A DNA stretch of 64,000 bases from positions 1 to 64,000 of IMG/VR virus record IMGVR_UViG_2690315748_000003; one strand, 5' to 3'. Under the pieces are notes generated by a model. That model searched no databases and was not told the origin of the DNA. It saw only the letters and a list, made by a program, of their open reading frames with translations. This DNA is from an uncultured virus (IMG/VR IMGVR_UViG_2690315748_000003). Its lineage: Duplodnaviria > Heunggongvirae > Uroviricota > Caudoviricetes. A program made the position numbers and the translations under genes. Positions 41,701 through 51,624 of this stretch are shown in pieces (position 1 is the stretch's first letter; each line of letters opens with the position of its first letter).

Positions 41701-44179
41701 TTTAAATGATCTTGCCAATAAACAGTCCATGAACGCAGAAGCTGCGGCTGAATTAATTCTTAAATACCCTCAATTAGCTTCGGAGATTTACAAAACATCT
41801 GAGGGATGGGCTTTCGAAAAGAATGCTCTCGAAGTTGTTCGTAAAGCTAAAATACAAAAGGCTATAGATGATCTAAAGTCAGAAAAAGCGTCCAGTTTAA
41901 GTACAAAACTTGAGTCTGATGATCGTATCGCAGTCTACATTAAAGAGGCTGGAGCGATTAAGAGTCTTGCTGAGTTAAAAGCTAGATTGAATGGAGTTAT
42001 GGCTCAAAGTTCACTAGATGTTTTTAATAAACAAAAAGAATTAAACAACATGACTGGAGTGAAATCTTTTCTAAGTGCTCCTTTTCAGAACCAGTTAAAC
42101 CAAGATAAGAAAAACATGGAGCAAAGTAAAAAAGATATAGGCGAAATATATAGTGGATACGAGAAAGATATGAAGCAGTATGACACTCAGATTAATGCTT
42201 TAACCAAGCTATATAATGATCCTAAATTTGGCGTGAGTTCTTCTGGTTCGAAAAAATCGAAGGGAAGCGGGGGCAAAAAAGGCAAGAGCGATGCGGAACG
42301 TGCAGCTGAAAAAGCAGCTAAGGACGCATCTGCGGCACGTAAAGATAGTTATGATGACGATCTTGATAACTTTAAGTACATCGCTGAACGAAATGAATGG
42401 TCTATAAACCAGCAGATTGCAGGATACAAACGACTGGCTCAACGACATAAGCAGTACCTATCGGAAGATAAGGATGCAATGAAGCAATGGAGCCGCGATG
42501 TTCAGAAACTGAATGATTCAAGATTTCAGGAAGACGTGGAGAATCTTGAGCGAAGAACCGAGCGTATGCGGCAGGTCAACAAACAAGAAATTGAGATGGT
42601 AAAAACCAGCCTGGATTTCTATAAGAAGGAGCAAAGTAAAAATTATCTGCTTCCTGCTAACCGTAGAGAGATTGCCAAACAAATCTATGATTTAACCGTC
42701 AAATACAATGAGCTTCGCTATCAAAACAGTGAGAAGTGGATTGATAAAGAGACTTCCAAAATGGAGATGGCAGGGCAAACCCAAATTGCTATCCTCAAAA
42801 TGGAATATGACGCTTATATGCGTATGAGTAAGGCAAAGGATCGTACTGCCGAACAAAGTTTTGAGTTGCAACAGAAGATTTATGAGAAACGTAAAGCTCT
42901 GGAAGATGAGTTCCTGTCCGACTTCCAAAAACGAATCAATTACCAAAAGAGTATGGAAGCCGTATCTGTTTCCGATCAGCTCAATTTATGGACAAAAATG
43001 CAGGCTCTTTATAAAGAAGGATCAGAACAACGGATGGAAATTGATGTACAGGTCCATGATTTGAAGAAGCAACTTTTGGAGGATCAGAAGAAGGCTGCTA
43101 CCGAAGCTGCCAAGAAGGAAAAGGAAGCACTTGAAAAGACTCGGGATGAGGAAGTAAAGCGGATTGAGGCGGAACGGGATGCTTTTATCGAGGCTCAGGA
43201 CGCTAAAATTAAGGCCATAGACGACTTGCTTGCCAAAATGCAGACAGCTAATGAAGACGAGGATTATGAACGCGCAATGGCGGAGAAACAAGCGCGCCTT
43301 GCCCTGCTACAGTCTGCTGTCGGTCCGGAAGGTATTGCTGAACGAAAACAGACTGAAAAAGATATTGAAGATATGCAGCGGGAACATAACCGAACGCTGG
43401 CTAAGCGTGGATTGGAGGATCAGAAGAAGAAGCTCCAAGACGAGAAGACTGAGCGGGAAAAGGATTACAATGACCAGATTGAAGCTGCCAAACAACATTA
43501 TGATCAGCTAGCCGAGAAATATAATGAGTATTCAGATGGTGTTGAATCTAAAGCTGAAGATTTGAAAAATACCCAAATCTCAAAAGAAACCGAGAAGAAC
43601 GCGGAGATTTTGCGTCAGTTGGATCAGTTTATTGCTGACTATCAGGCTAAAATGGCTGAAATCAATTCCACCTCATTGTCTGCATCCTTTGATACAGGTT
43701 CCTCAATATCAGAAAAGGACAGCGATTTGGCGAGATACAATTCTAATATTGATAAATGGTATTCAGCAGGTGCTGCTGAGAAGACCAAACTGCACGAGGA
43801 AAATGCCGCTCTGCGGAATAAGTATGGCATTAAGAAGGATACAGGGAAACTTCAAAAATTCCATTCTGGCGGGATCGTTCAAGGCCAGAAGGGAGCAGAG
43901 GTACCCGTCATTGCCCGTGAAGGGGAAATGTATTTGAATGGTCAACAACAGAGCAACTTGTGGAAAATTATCAATTTTAAGATGCCGAAACTTAATTTCT
44001 CTATGCCTGATTTTTCAATGCCAATGGCTTCGGGCAGTTCAAATCCGCAGCAAATCAGCAACCAGTTCGTAATAAAATCAGGTGATACTTATATTGAAGA
44101 CGAATCCGCAGCAAAGGTGTTTTGGAGCGAAAGGGACAACTTTGTACGGAGGTTGCAAACGAGGGGAGGCAAGTCTTAA
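38765..44179 (+). CDS. Tape measure protein
   Basis: About 1800 aa helical, TP901-type core; GAGGTG RBS before GTG 38765. Confidence 0.95.
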   Translation: MADLSKDVVGARINLDTTKILPAFKVIDNGARANAESFKVLNLELGLSEKNFKSLASSADKFALSADDRRKKILAESEALVKQRTAQAELNAARKNQLDQANKITDEKLRAQQAIVKKREDAIEQQEREHLKRMEALQNKATSTGQRAAKVSGAGTDDKTRERVLMQEQAIRIKLQQMADKEAQQARKNAQDYEKFWLSALRAREQKEAQVREKVLQEEQKIRRSLSQTESQMKQTFSTTPNWISRVGDMATHALVFNTAYAAMHKTQEALKEGLVGIESNMAGYIQTNEHYFLEYNEGTKEMVMNTEKLHDQTTKFIRTAHDLGSEIMDVTESARLWGRMYKDAGVVQEMVRKSTMLSTVDLVSLEGATKSMESTFAQYGVQIKDSNDAMVLGGRVLDSWSKVAHDTMAPARDLGAAFERTGKIAAETGVSFDFMNGLISAGVRNTALSGENLGNMWKTVLGTIRTDKAVAEIERLGVATKEVVNGQEQWRRAEDILLDLSTKVIDKNYDLTKSYADISRGVYQYAKLAASLNAGDILLGTAASIGSTGSTMEYLKVQMDTIQRKAAQTKASLLEIFNNAGDDGLRRTIKDVLDAIDQLLIGLTKVPSGVFEGTAAIGGLLLAYKALSGPVMNVIAAVKVLTAAKAAETAAIGANTVANNVNIVSSQGATLSTVQRVAATEGATVAQGALTVATEGATVATKSLSVAQATATVTTAAATAGLSLLVGAIALVAMNSGKEEKATRDRIQNLKDEDSASQQMVSQYQRQIELLPKLTNAHRSLEQSMKAGSISAEKETQVKKQLEEISKALVITLGKEGAKQLEAAGYTDEAVQVQVDALNKLIEKQNEARKNVLKDQQAQLIEQQKQKINEITEATKELERVKKIIANPIGNFLGTGEFKEDAAKLEEKIKTLEQENNKLTLSVTEVGVALGQAAIETDQFAGKAGTATESVKSQEEALADLREQIQGNGKAISEMNTVLNDLANKQSMNAEAAAELILKYPQLASEIYKTSEGWAFEKNALEVVRKAKIQKAIDDLKSEKASSLSTKLESDDRIAVYIKEAGAIKSLAELKARLNGVMAQSSLDVFNKQKELNNMTGVKSFLSAPFQNQLNQDKKNMEQSKKDIGEIYSGYEKDMKQYDTQINALTKLYNDPKFGVSSSGSKKSKGSGGKKGKSDAERAAEKAAKDASAARKDSYDDDLDNFKYIAERNEWSINQQIAGYKRLAQRHKQYLSEDKDAMKQWSRDVQKLNDSRFQEDVENLERRTERMRQVNKQEIEMVKTSLDFYKKEQSKNYLLPANRREIAKQIYDLTVKYNELRYQNSEKWIDKETSKMEMAGQTQIAILKMEYDAYMRMSKAKDRTAEQSFELQQKIYEKRKALEDEFLSDFQKRINYQKSMEAVSVSDQLNLWTKMQALYKEGSEQRMEIDVQVHDLKKQLLEDQKKAATEAAKKEKEALEKTRDEEVKRIEAERDAFIEAQDAKIKAIDDLLAKMQTANEDEDYERAMAEKQARLALLQSAVGPEGIAERKQTEKDIEDMQREHNRTLAKRGLEDQKKKLQDEKTEREKDYNDQIEAAKQHYDQLAEKYNEYSDGVESKAEDLKNTQISKETEKNAEILRQLDQFIADYQAKMAEINSTSLSASFDTGSSISEKDSDLARYNSNIDKWYSAGAAEKTKLHEENAALRNKYGIKKDTGKLQKFHSGGIVQGQKGAEVPVIAREGEMYLNGQQQSNLWKIINFKMPKLNFSMPDFSMPMASGSSNPQQISNQFVIKSGDTYIEDESAAKVFWSERDNFVRRLQTRGGKS

Positions 44180-44733
44180 TGATAGACGCTACGGTGGATG
44201 GGAAATCCTTTAAATCCATTGGATTAGGGCTTAAAACTCACAATATACCTGTGTTACCACCAACAAAAGACCATAGCCTTGAGATAGCTGAGAGGGATGG
44301 AGAGTTGGATTTTGGCAGCACGTATGGAGCGCGGTTAATCAATCTCGAATGCGTCCTAATGGCTGATGATACTACCCTTGATTACCATAGGAGAGTCGCC
44401 CAAGTGGCGGCTCTTTTTAATGCCAAAAAAGGGGATATCGTATTCACATTTTCTGATTTGCCGGGAAGACGGTATATAGGACGGTACGCTGGAACATTGG
44501 ACATTGAAAAGATACTTTGGGATGGGGAACTGACTATCCCGATTAAGATGGGTGAGCATCCGTTTCCAGAGTCAGAGGAGAACATAAAAGAGGTAATTAT
44601 CACACAGTCTCCGCAAACAGTTTCAGTTATTTCTACAGGGGATGAACGGGCGAGTCCTGTTATTGTTCTAACCAACATCGGCAATAACGAGATTCGGAAT
44701 TTCAGGATAGCAAATGAATACCAAGTAGAATAG
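44179..44733 (+). CDS. Distal tail protein (Dit)
   Basis: Follows TMP; RDGELDFGSTYGAR, FSDLPGRRYIGR. Confidence 0.8.
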   Translation: MIDATVDGKSFKSIGLGLKTHNIPVLPPTKDHSLEIAERDGELDFGSTYGARLINLECVLMADDTTLDYHRRVAQVAALFNAKKGDIVFTFSDLPGRRYIGRYAGTLDIEKILWDGELTIPIKMGEHPFPESEENIKEVIITQSPQTVSVISTGDERASPVIVLTNIGNNEIRNFRIANEYQVE

Positions 44734-44745
44734 GAGGTTTTATGA

Positions 44746-45159
44746 TTGGCAGATGAAATATTGCTATCGAAGTCAAATTATTGGAAAAGGGCTTGTCTGA
44801 ATGCGGCCCTGCGTGGTGTACCATTTACAGCACCATCCAAGGTGTATATCGCACTATATACGAGTAATCCTACAGATGCAGATACAGGCCAGGAAGTCAC
44901 CGGTGGTGGCTATGCGCGCAGCGAAGTAAGTTTTAGCGAACCGACATTTGCGGACCGTTGGGGATCTGCACGGAGTTCTGCTGATGTGTATATGCCTATC
45001 GCCACCAAAGATTGGGGCCTTATCACGTACATCGGCATTAGGGATGCAATGACTGGTGGTAACTTACTATATCACGGAGCGATTACCAAACCGCGTACTA
45101 TCTTGGAGGACGATCATATCCGTTTTGCAGCCGGGAAGCTAGTAATTGATGAGGGGTAG
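44746..45159 (+). CDS. Tail/baseplate protein
   Basis: YIALYTSNP..EVTGGGYAR..GGNLLYHG. Confidence 0.75.
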   Translation: MADEILLSKSNYWKRACLNAALRGVPFTAPSKVYIALYTSNPTDADTGQEVTGGGYARSEVSFSEPTFADRWGSARSSADVYMPIATKDWGLITYIGIRDAMTGGNLLYHGAITKPRTILEDDHIRFAAGKLVIDEG

Positions 45160-46668
45160 GTGTTAAGCATGGAAAAAATGTATCCACCAGTTGTCAATAG
45201 TCCGAAAACGGAGCTTGCAGAACTGGTAACGGACACGCAAACAGAAATTACGGTGTTAAATGCGTCTGTGTTGCTTCAAGGGGAGGGTATAGCCGTTTTA
45301 GGGAACGGTGATGTAGCAGAAACCATTACGTATACATCGGTAGAGGGTAACGTGCTTAAAGGGTGTGTACGTGGGTTTGAAGGCGTTACGCGTGCGTGGC
45401 CTGTTGGTACACGAATCGCACGTAATTTTACTGCTGCGGACTGGAAAGCGGCCCAAAACAATATTAATGAGCTTGATGCAACTAATAAACGCATTGATGA
45501 TTCGTTTAAACTGATTTCACCAGAAATAATAACCTTCCCTGCACACGCTCCTTTTCGGGCATGGCAGGGTGTTTGTACTGATGGGAAGTATATTTATCTC
45601 GCTACTGATAATCCCGAAAGCGGCATTCAGGACGATGAAAACATTATAAGTGTTTATGATATGTATGGTAACTTTGTGGACGAGAAAAGAAATGCGTTTA
45701 CAGGTAAGGACTCAGGCGGTTTATTCATGTCTTTTGGTGATATAAGCTTCATTGACGGACGTTTGTATGTAACAGCCTATAATATAAATTCTGGAGGTTC
45801 GACACCCTATGAATCTAGAATTGTTCAGTATAAAACTTACGATGATGGATTCAATCAGATTAGCGTAACAGATATTGGGGTTGGAGCAGCGGAGTGCATC
45901 ATTGACCATGACGAATTTTTGTGGGTTAGTTATCATGACCAACAAATAATCAAGAAGTTCAGTAAAACATTATCGCTTGTAGCAAGCTACCCATTGCCAA
46001 CGACTGCCAAAGCTTATGGGGGATACCAAGGGATTTTATGGGAGGATGGAGCATTATACGCAAATATGCACGGGCCTAATGCCAAGGGGGGCGAGTTCGC
46101 AGGTGGAATTGATAAATTCACTTTTAAGAATAATACTTTTTCCTATGTTGAAACAATTGTTCCGCCTACTTTTGGTTCTACACAAGGCATGTGCAAGTAT
46201 AACGGGGTTTATTTATTCAATGATCGAGCTGAGAATAAAGTGATAATCGTCAAAAATATAAGAGTCGGTGATCTTGAATTATTGGCGCGCTCCAGTTTGA
46301 ATAACATTCTTGTGAAGCCGGAATTGAGTAACCATTGGGAGATATTTGATGCTAGTTACGATAGACCGCCAAAATATTATAAAGGTAATGACGGAAGAGT
46401 ATACCTTTCTGGTATATGTAAAAATACCACTTTCGAGGATATTGCAAAATATATATTTCAATTGAAAAAAGGATACAGACCTAAGCACAGCCTTAATTTT
46501 GTTGTGTGGGGAGAAAATGGCCCATTACGGTTGGGGATCGTCGGGAATAAAAGTACATCTACCGCAGATATGGCTGGACAAGTTATACCTACTCCTTCTG
46601 GGGTTGGATGGGTTTCCCTTGATGGTGTCAGTTTTCTAGCTGATCCAGACGATATAACCATCGTGTAA
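45160..46668 (+). CDS. Tail fibre / receptor-binding protein with central beta-propeller
   Basis: N-terminal anchor (RGFEG), QG-repeat propeller 45553-46260, C-terminal GYRP..WVSLDGVSF domain. Confidence 0.75.
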   Translation: MLSMEKMYPPVVNSPKTELAELVTDTQTEITVLNASVLLQGEGIAVLGNGDVAETITYTSVEGNVLKGCVRGFEGVTRAWPVGTRIARNFTAADWKAAQNNINELDATNKRIDDSFKLISPEIITFPAHAPFRAWQGVCTDGKYIYLATDNPESGIQDDENIISVYDMYGNFVDEKRNAFTGKDSGGLFMSFGDISFIDGRLYVTAYNINSGGSTPYESRIVQYKTYDDGFNQISVTDIGVGAAECIIDHDEFLWVSYHDQQIIKKFSKTLSLVASYPLPTTAKAYGGYQGILWEDGALYANMHGPNAKGGEFAGGIDKFTFKNNTFSYVETIVPPTFGSTQGMCKYNGVYLFNDRAENKVIIVKNIRVGDLELLARSSLNNILVKPELSNHWEIFDASYDRPPKYYKGNDGRVYLSGICKNTTFEDIAKYIFQLKKGYRPKHSLNFVVWGENGPLRLGIVGNKSTSTADMAGQVIPTPSGVGWVSLDGVSFLADPDDITIV

Positions 46669-46680
46669 TAGGAGGGCGCT

Positions 46681-47304
46681 ATGTTTGGTGGAGGATTCAA
46701 TAGTTTAGGGTTTAATCAGCCAGCAGCAGAGGGGAATATTATTGACCTCTCTGCTCACATGGCCGGACAAGGAAAAATGTACTCAAGGAAGATCGAAACA
46801 GGCAATGACAGCGATCAGGCGTTTAACCTGATGTCCTTTAATACAACCAGCCCGGCAACGTCCGTGGAATATGTGCTAGATTTCGCGGTACATATGACCT
46901 TATCTGCACAGTTGTCTGGACAGGCTCAATTTAGTACTGAGTTCATCCGATCATTCGACCTGGAAGCCGAGCCGATGTCCGGTCAAGGACGTATGCAGGC
47001 TGAGTATATCCGTGAAATTGAGATGATAGCAGAGCGTATGTCTGGAGTAGGTAGCTTACATGCAGATGCTGACAGGTATCATACGGACTTTATCGAGTTT
47101 ACAGATGTATTCCGACCTGGGGAAGTAATTGTTATCGATTCCGGCAAATTCAAAATTACAAGGAATGGACAGAATGTTTCACATCTTTACAATGGAGATT
47201 TCTTTGACTTGAATCTCGGTAATAACAACCTGACCTGGACGGACCCTGAGACAGGGCGGACAGTTTTGTTCCGTATTACACACCGAGATAAATTCTTATA
47301 CTAA
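46681..47304 (+). CDS. Tail protein with Dit-like C-terminus
   Basis: GEVIVIDS..GDFFDLNLGNNNL. Confidence 0.65.
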   Translation: MFGGGFNSLGFNQPAAEGNIIDLSAHMAGQGKMYSRKIETGNDSDQAFNLMSFNTTSPATSVEYVLDFAVHMTLSAQLSGQAQFSTEFIRSFDLEAEPMSGQGRMQAEYIREIEMIAERMSGVGSLHADADRYHTDFIEFTDVFRPGEVIVIDSGKFKITRNGQNVSHLYNGDFFDLNLGNNNLTWTDPETGRTVLFRITHRDKFLY

Positions 47305-47316
47305 ATGAGGTGGATT

Positions 47317-49467
47317 ATGCCTACTCCAACTATGCAAGTCTTTGATAAAAATATGAGGCGCGTTGGTACGCTGGTGGACTCTTATGATATTCAACGGCGG
47401 AGGAGAATTAACAGCGACTATGAATTAACCTTTATGGTCCCAATGACCTCAGATGACTATCGTGAGAAAATAGCAATCAAGGGCCACGTTCGAGATGAGC
47501 GTGGCCAATTTTATGTCATACAGTCTCGAAGCCGGTCACGGGAAGGACGAAAGCTGACTGCAAATATCTATTGCAATCACATCATGTTTAAGCTTAACGA
47601 TTACAAATTTCCATATGCCTCATACATCGCAGAAGCATATGGTATCCATATCAATCAACTCACAGACCTGATTACGGCAGCTACAGGCGGGAGATTCAAA
47701 TTTGTTATCCATGACACATTCGATTTGCATGATATAAAAGACTTTGGGCGCGGGACGTGTTTGGAAGCTCTCAATAAGATCGTGCAAATGTATGAGTGTG
47801 AAGTGGGGCCAGATAATTTTGTGATCAATTTGAGAAAAAAGATCGGGGCTGATAATGGGCTACAATACAGACTCAAAAAGAATATCGTTTCTAGCTCCTT
47901 CAAAGATAAAGGGGAATCCCTTGTAACCCGCATGTTTTCGCAGATGAAGGATGGACGCACCTTTATTGGAATGGATGCATCTAAATTGACGGACGAGGAG
48001 CGGAGTTTGCTTTCCGGTGTGCCGGGAACTATTGTAAACGGGAAGCTGGCAGTTAACTACTTAATTTCTCCTTATGCTCAATATTGGACCAGTGATTCCG
48101 TACCATTTTATGATGGTGAAATCATAGAGCAGGATATTGAAGAACCTGAAGAGCTGCTTAAGGCTACTCGAAAGGCTCTCAGGGAGCAAGAAAACGTAAC
48201 ACTAGAAGTTACCGTATCAACGGCTGACCTATTTAAAATTGACAATACAGAACCAGAACCGCATTTAGGTGACACGGTAATGTGTATTGATCCGGCTATG
48301 GATATGAACAAACTCAAAGCCCGAATAACAGAGCTTACAGAGTATCCGTATAGCCGAGACAAACACAGTGAGCCTACCATATCAAATGTCAATTTACGGG
48401 ACTATGCAGATATCATTTCTGACCTGGAGCGGAACAAGAATATTATCAATAATCTGTTCAGTAACGGGAAGATCCGAACGGAAGTATTTGAGTCCTTTGC
48501 CAAGCAAGCCGTGATCGACATTGATAATTCCAAAACGGAAATCAAGTACGATCAACGTGGCATAATCCTACAGGACAAGACCAATGCTCAGAACCAAGTT
48601 ATTATGACTTCAAACGGGGTTGTTTTAACAACGGACGGAGGTAAAACAGCAAGAACAGCAATTACAGCACGTGGCGTTGTTGCTGAACAGATTGTCGGGC
48701 AGCTCGGAAACTTTGTATCCTTGGTTATTGGTAGTGGCAATAACGTAACCAAAATTAATACGAACGGAATCAGTGCAGGGAATGACGACTATACCATTGC
48801 GCCATTCCGGGTAGACATGCAGGGGAATGTTGTTGCCAGGTCAATCAAGCTTACGGGCCAAATTGATAACTCAGAAATGAATGCTTCAGATATTAGAGCA
48901 AGTACAGTTAATGCAAGTACAATACGTGGCAGTAAACTGATCGGCAATGAAATAGAAGGCGGTATTATTACAGGGGCCTTATTCCGTACAGCCAAAGAGG
49001 GTAGGCGCATAGAAATAAATTCTAATGGTCTTACTGCTTATAATTCTCGTGGCGGAGAAGCTGTCTCATTAGGTCAGTATAATGATGGAGGCGGCTTATT
49101 GTTTATGGATGATGGCTCGCCGAGAGGAAGTGTCTACGGAGATAGAGAAGGATTTCATATGGGGAACATGGGACCTATTATCATAAGATCAGTTGACGAT
49201 GCTACGTACTTAAAAGGACCTGTAGATTTCTCTGAGGCATTCGTGAGTGGTCTTGATCTTAAGCCGGGGAGTATCGAAGGACTTGAGGATACAATCAGCA
49301 GTTTCCGTAATGAAATAGCCGAGATTCGTGGCGATTTGTTTAATGGATTAATTGTTAATGCGACATTTGATCCAAGTTCCAGGAATCTAAAACTGTTCAG
49401 TCGTGGTAGAACGGTTGCAACAGTCAATATACCTGCTGGCGGAAGTACAAGTAGCTTGACAACATAA
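47317..49467 (+). CDS. Tail spike / Tal (prophage endopeptidase-like) protein
   Basis: Prophage-tail N-terminus, HLGDTV, beta-helix-like repeats. Confidence 0.8.
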   Translation: MPTPTMQVFDKNMRRVGTLVDSYDIQRRRRINSDYELTFMVPMTSDDYREKIAIKGHVRDERGQFYVIQSRSRSREGRKLTANIYCNHIMFKLNDYKFPYASYIAEAYGIHINQLTDLITAATGGRFKFVIHDTFDLHDIKDFGRGTCLEALNKIVQMYECEVGPDNFVINLRKKIGADNGLQYRLKKNIVSSSFKDKGESLVTRMFSQMKDGRTFIGMDASKLTDEERSLLSGVPGTIVNGKLAVNYLISPYAQYWTSDSVPFYDGEIIEQDIEEPEELLKATRKALREQENVTLEVTVSTADLFKIDNTEPEPHLGDTVMCIDPAMDMNKLKARITELTEYPYSRDKHSEPTISNVNLRDYADIISDLERNKNIINNLFSNGKIRTEVFESFAKQAVIDIDNSKTEIKYDQRGIILQDKTNAQNQVIMTSNGVVLTTDGGKTARTAITARGVVAEQIVGQLGNFVSLVIGSGNNVTKINTNGISAGNDDYTIAPFRVDMQGNVVARSIKLTGQIDNSEMNASDIRASTVNASTIRGSKLIGNEIEGGIITGALFRTAKEGRRIEINSNGLTAYNSRGGEAVSLGQYNDGGGLLFMDDGSPRGSVYGDREGFHMGNMGPIIIRSVDDATYLKGPVDFSEAFVSGLDLKPGSIEGLEDTISSFRNEIAEIRGDLFNGLIVNATFDPSSRNLKLFSRGRTVATVNIPAGGSTSSLTT

Positions 49468-49528
49468 TGTTTACTGCACCTTCTATGGATGGTAATATTA
49501 GGACATATATACTACATAGGAGGTTCTA

Positions 49529-50113
49529 ATGATGAAAAAATGGTCATATTTGCTCATTGGTCTGTTGATCGGTGTGGTTTTTGCTACGACTGGAAACGCA
49601 TTTGCGGATCAAATTAAATCTATGGTTGGGCAGACAGTGGCAGGAGAGTATAGTGTAAAGGTTAATGGTAATTCCCTGTCTGAAAACGCGATAGTCGTTG
49701 ATGGAAAAGCACATGTTCCGCTTCGCGCTGTCACCGACTCTTTAGGGGCGAGTTTAAAAGTGGATGGTAAAACAATTCAAATTGAATCGTCGGAAAATTC
49801 TTCTTCAAAACAAACTGATAATATGGCACAGTCTGTTTCGAATAAATACCAAGGGTGGCCTATTTCTAAGTTAGAAGATAGAAAATCAGAGCTTGAAAAA
49901 TTTGTGACTGATAGCGAAAAGGATAAAGAGAGCATGCTAAAATCTCTCGAAAAATATAGTAAATTTAAGACTGAATATTCAGGAAATGAAAAACTGATGG
50001 AAAAGCTAGATTCCGAAACAAAAGATACTGAAGAACGCATAAAGGCAGCAGAAAACAATATAGCTAAATACAAATCTGACTTAGCCGAAGTAAATGCTGC
50101 CCTCACGAAGTAA
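49529..50113 (+). CDS. Secreted protein with stalk domain, moron
   Basis: Signal peptide; HVPLRAVTDSLG. Confidence 0.7.
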   Translation: MMKKWSYLLIGLLIGVVFATTGNAFADQIKSMVGQTVAGEYSVKVNGNSLSENAIVVDGKAHVPLRAVTDSLGASLKVDGKTIQIESSENSSSKQTDNMAQSVSNKYQGWPISKLEDRKSELEKFVTDSEKDKESMLKSLEKYSKFKTEYSGNEKLMEKLDSETKDTEERIKAAENNIAKYKSDLAEVNAALTK

Positions 50114-50116
50114 TTC

Positions 50117-50815
50117 ATGAACAAAAAGATAAAACAGGCATGGATTATTTTGACGGTTGTTGTTGGGCTTTTTATTGTAGTATGCGTTTCATCTTTTCTA
50201 TCGGAGAACAAGGAACTGGATGAAGCATCTGTACCTGTAATTAATAATCATTGGTACTACGAATTTACAGATGATCAAATACAAGCGGCAATAAATAAAG
50301 GGCTAGAGAGTGATCGTAGTGATATGTTTCAAGAGGAATCTAGCAGGATAATCAAGGTTCATGAAAACAATTTGTTAGAAATGAAAGAAAATCCACCATT
50401 AGTATATTTCTACACACCAACATATCAAATCATAAGAAGAGCATATAAGGACTCTCAAAAGATGGATATGCCTTCAGTCAGTGATGTAAGACGAGATAAC
50501 ATAAACGAAAATTTCTTGTACTTCTCTATTGATGTAGGTATGAATAGGGAAGACGCTTACCAGAATTTCCATGCTGTCTTAAGACAGGGAGATGTCACAT
50601 TACAGCCTGTAGGTGGTAAATTAGCCAGATTAGACAGTCCATCTACAAAGATTTTTTCTCCTGGTGAGGGCCAAACGAAATACACTAAGGAAGTTATTGC
50701 TCCTTTTATGATTGACGATAAGATTAATCTAAAAGAGCCGTTATATTTAACATTCATCTATTCAGGTAAGAATGATACTGCAACTTATGAAATAATCCCT
50801 TCACAACAAAGATGA
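50117..50815 (+). CDS. Membrane-anchored protein, moron
   Basis: N-terminal TM segment. Confidence 0.65.
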   Translation: MNKKIKQAWIILTVVVGLFIVVCVSSFLSENKELDEASVPVINNHWYYEFTDDQIQAAINKGLESDRSDMFQEESSRIIKVHENNLLEMKENPPLVYFYTPTYQIIRRAYKDSQKMDMPSVSDVRRDNINENFLYFSIDVGMNREDAYQNFHAVLRQGDVTLQPVGGKLARLDSPSTKIFSPGEGQTKYTKEVIAPFMIDDKINLKEPLYLTFIYSGKNDTATYEIIPSQQR

Positions 50816-50825
50816 AGAAAACGGT

Positions 50826-50863
50826 TAATCCGTAGTAAATAAGTAATCAAATACAAATACAAT
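50826..50863 (+). promoter_or_regulatory. Putative late promoter 3 (lysis cassette)
   Basis: AATCCGTAGTA with TACAAT at identical spacing. Confidence 0.65.
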
Positions 50864-50927
50864 ACAAGTATGAAAGCCTCTGATAAATCAGGGGCTTATT
50901 TTGCGTCTTGAGGGGGTGACGAAACCC

Positions 50928-51149
50928 ATGGCAAAAATAAAATCTACATTGGATATACAACTGGATCTAACCAGACCTGTTGAGGATTTGACCGAGGTCA
51001 TTTCTGCTGTTATTGCTTCGCAACCAGCGCGCCGGAAGGAAATACTTAAAGGTTTGGATATGGCAGTAGGAAATGCATTAGCAGAGATACAGGCCCAAGA
51101 AGAAAAGGAACAGAAAGTAGACGATGATAGCTCAGGAAAAGTTTCCTGA
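50928..51149 (+). CDS. Hypothetical protein
   Basis: GAGGGGG RBS. Confidence 0.6.
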   Translation: MAKIKSTLDIQLDLTRPVEDLTEVISAVIASQPARRKEILKGLDMAVGNALAEIQAQEEKEQKVDDDSSGKVS

Positions 51150-51171
51150 ACGGAGAGACGGGGGAAGCAAG

Positions 51172-51624
51172 GTGGATAAGTGGGAGGTTTTTAAGTTCAG
51201 CACTGCTTTAGGAAGTAGCGCTGTGACGTATTTTTACGGTGGGTGGTCGGGAGTATTGGGGGTGTTACTTGCACTGGTCATTATTGATTATGTGACCGGA
51301 TTATTTGCGGCTGGCGCAGAAGGTAAGAAGGGTACCGGACCTGGTTTAAAAAGTAAGATCGGTCTTATTGGTATCGCTCGAAAGGTATTTATTTTTACGA
51401 TGGTAGCAGTATCCCATCTAATTGATGGAGTCTTAGGCGATTCGCACTTATTCCGGGATGCGGTCGCCTATTTTTATATGGCAAATGAGCTTTTGTCCAT
51501 TTTGGAGAATGGCGGCAGACTCGGCGTACCTATCCCGCCAGTGATCCGACAGGCCGTAGAAGTTTTGAAAAGTAAGAGTGGTAAGGAAGGAGAGAAAGAA
51601 GATGCAACGACGAAACAGCCGTAA
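51172..51624 (+). CDS. Phage holin (holin_4_1-like)
   Basis: IDYVTG, GIARK, NELLSILENGGRLGVPIP. Confidence 0.9.
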   Translation: MDKWEVFKFSTALGSSAVTYFYGGWSGVLGVLLALVIIDYVTGLFAAGAEGKKGTGPGLKSKIGLIGIARKVFIFTMVAVSHLIDGVLGDSHLFRDAVAYFYMANELLSILENGGRLGVPIPPVIRQAVEVLKSKSGKEGEKEDATTKQP

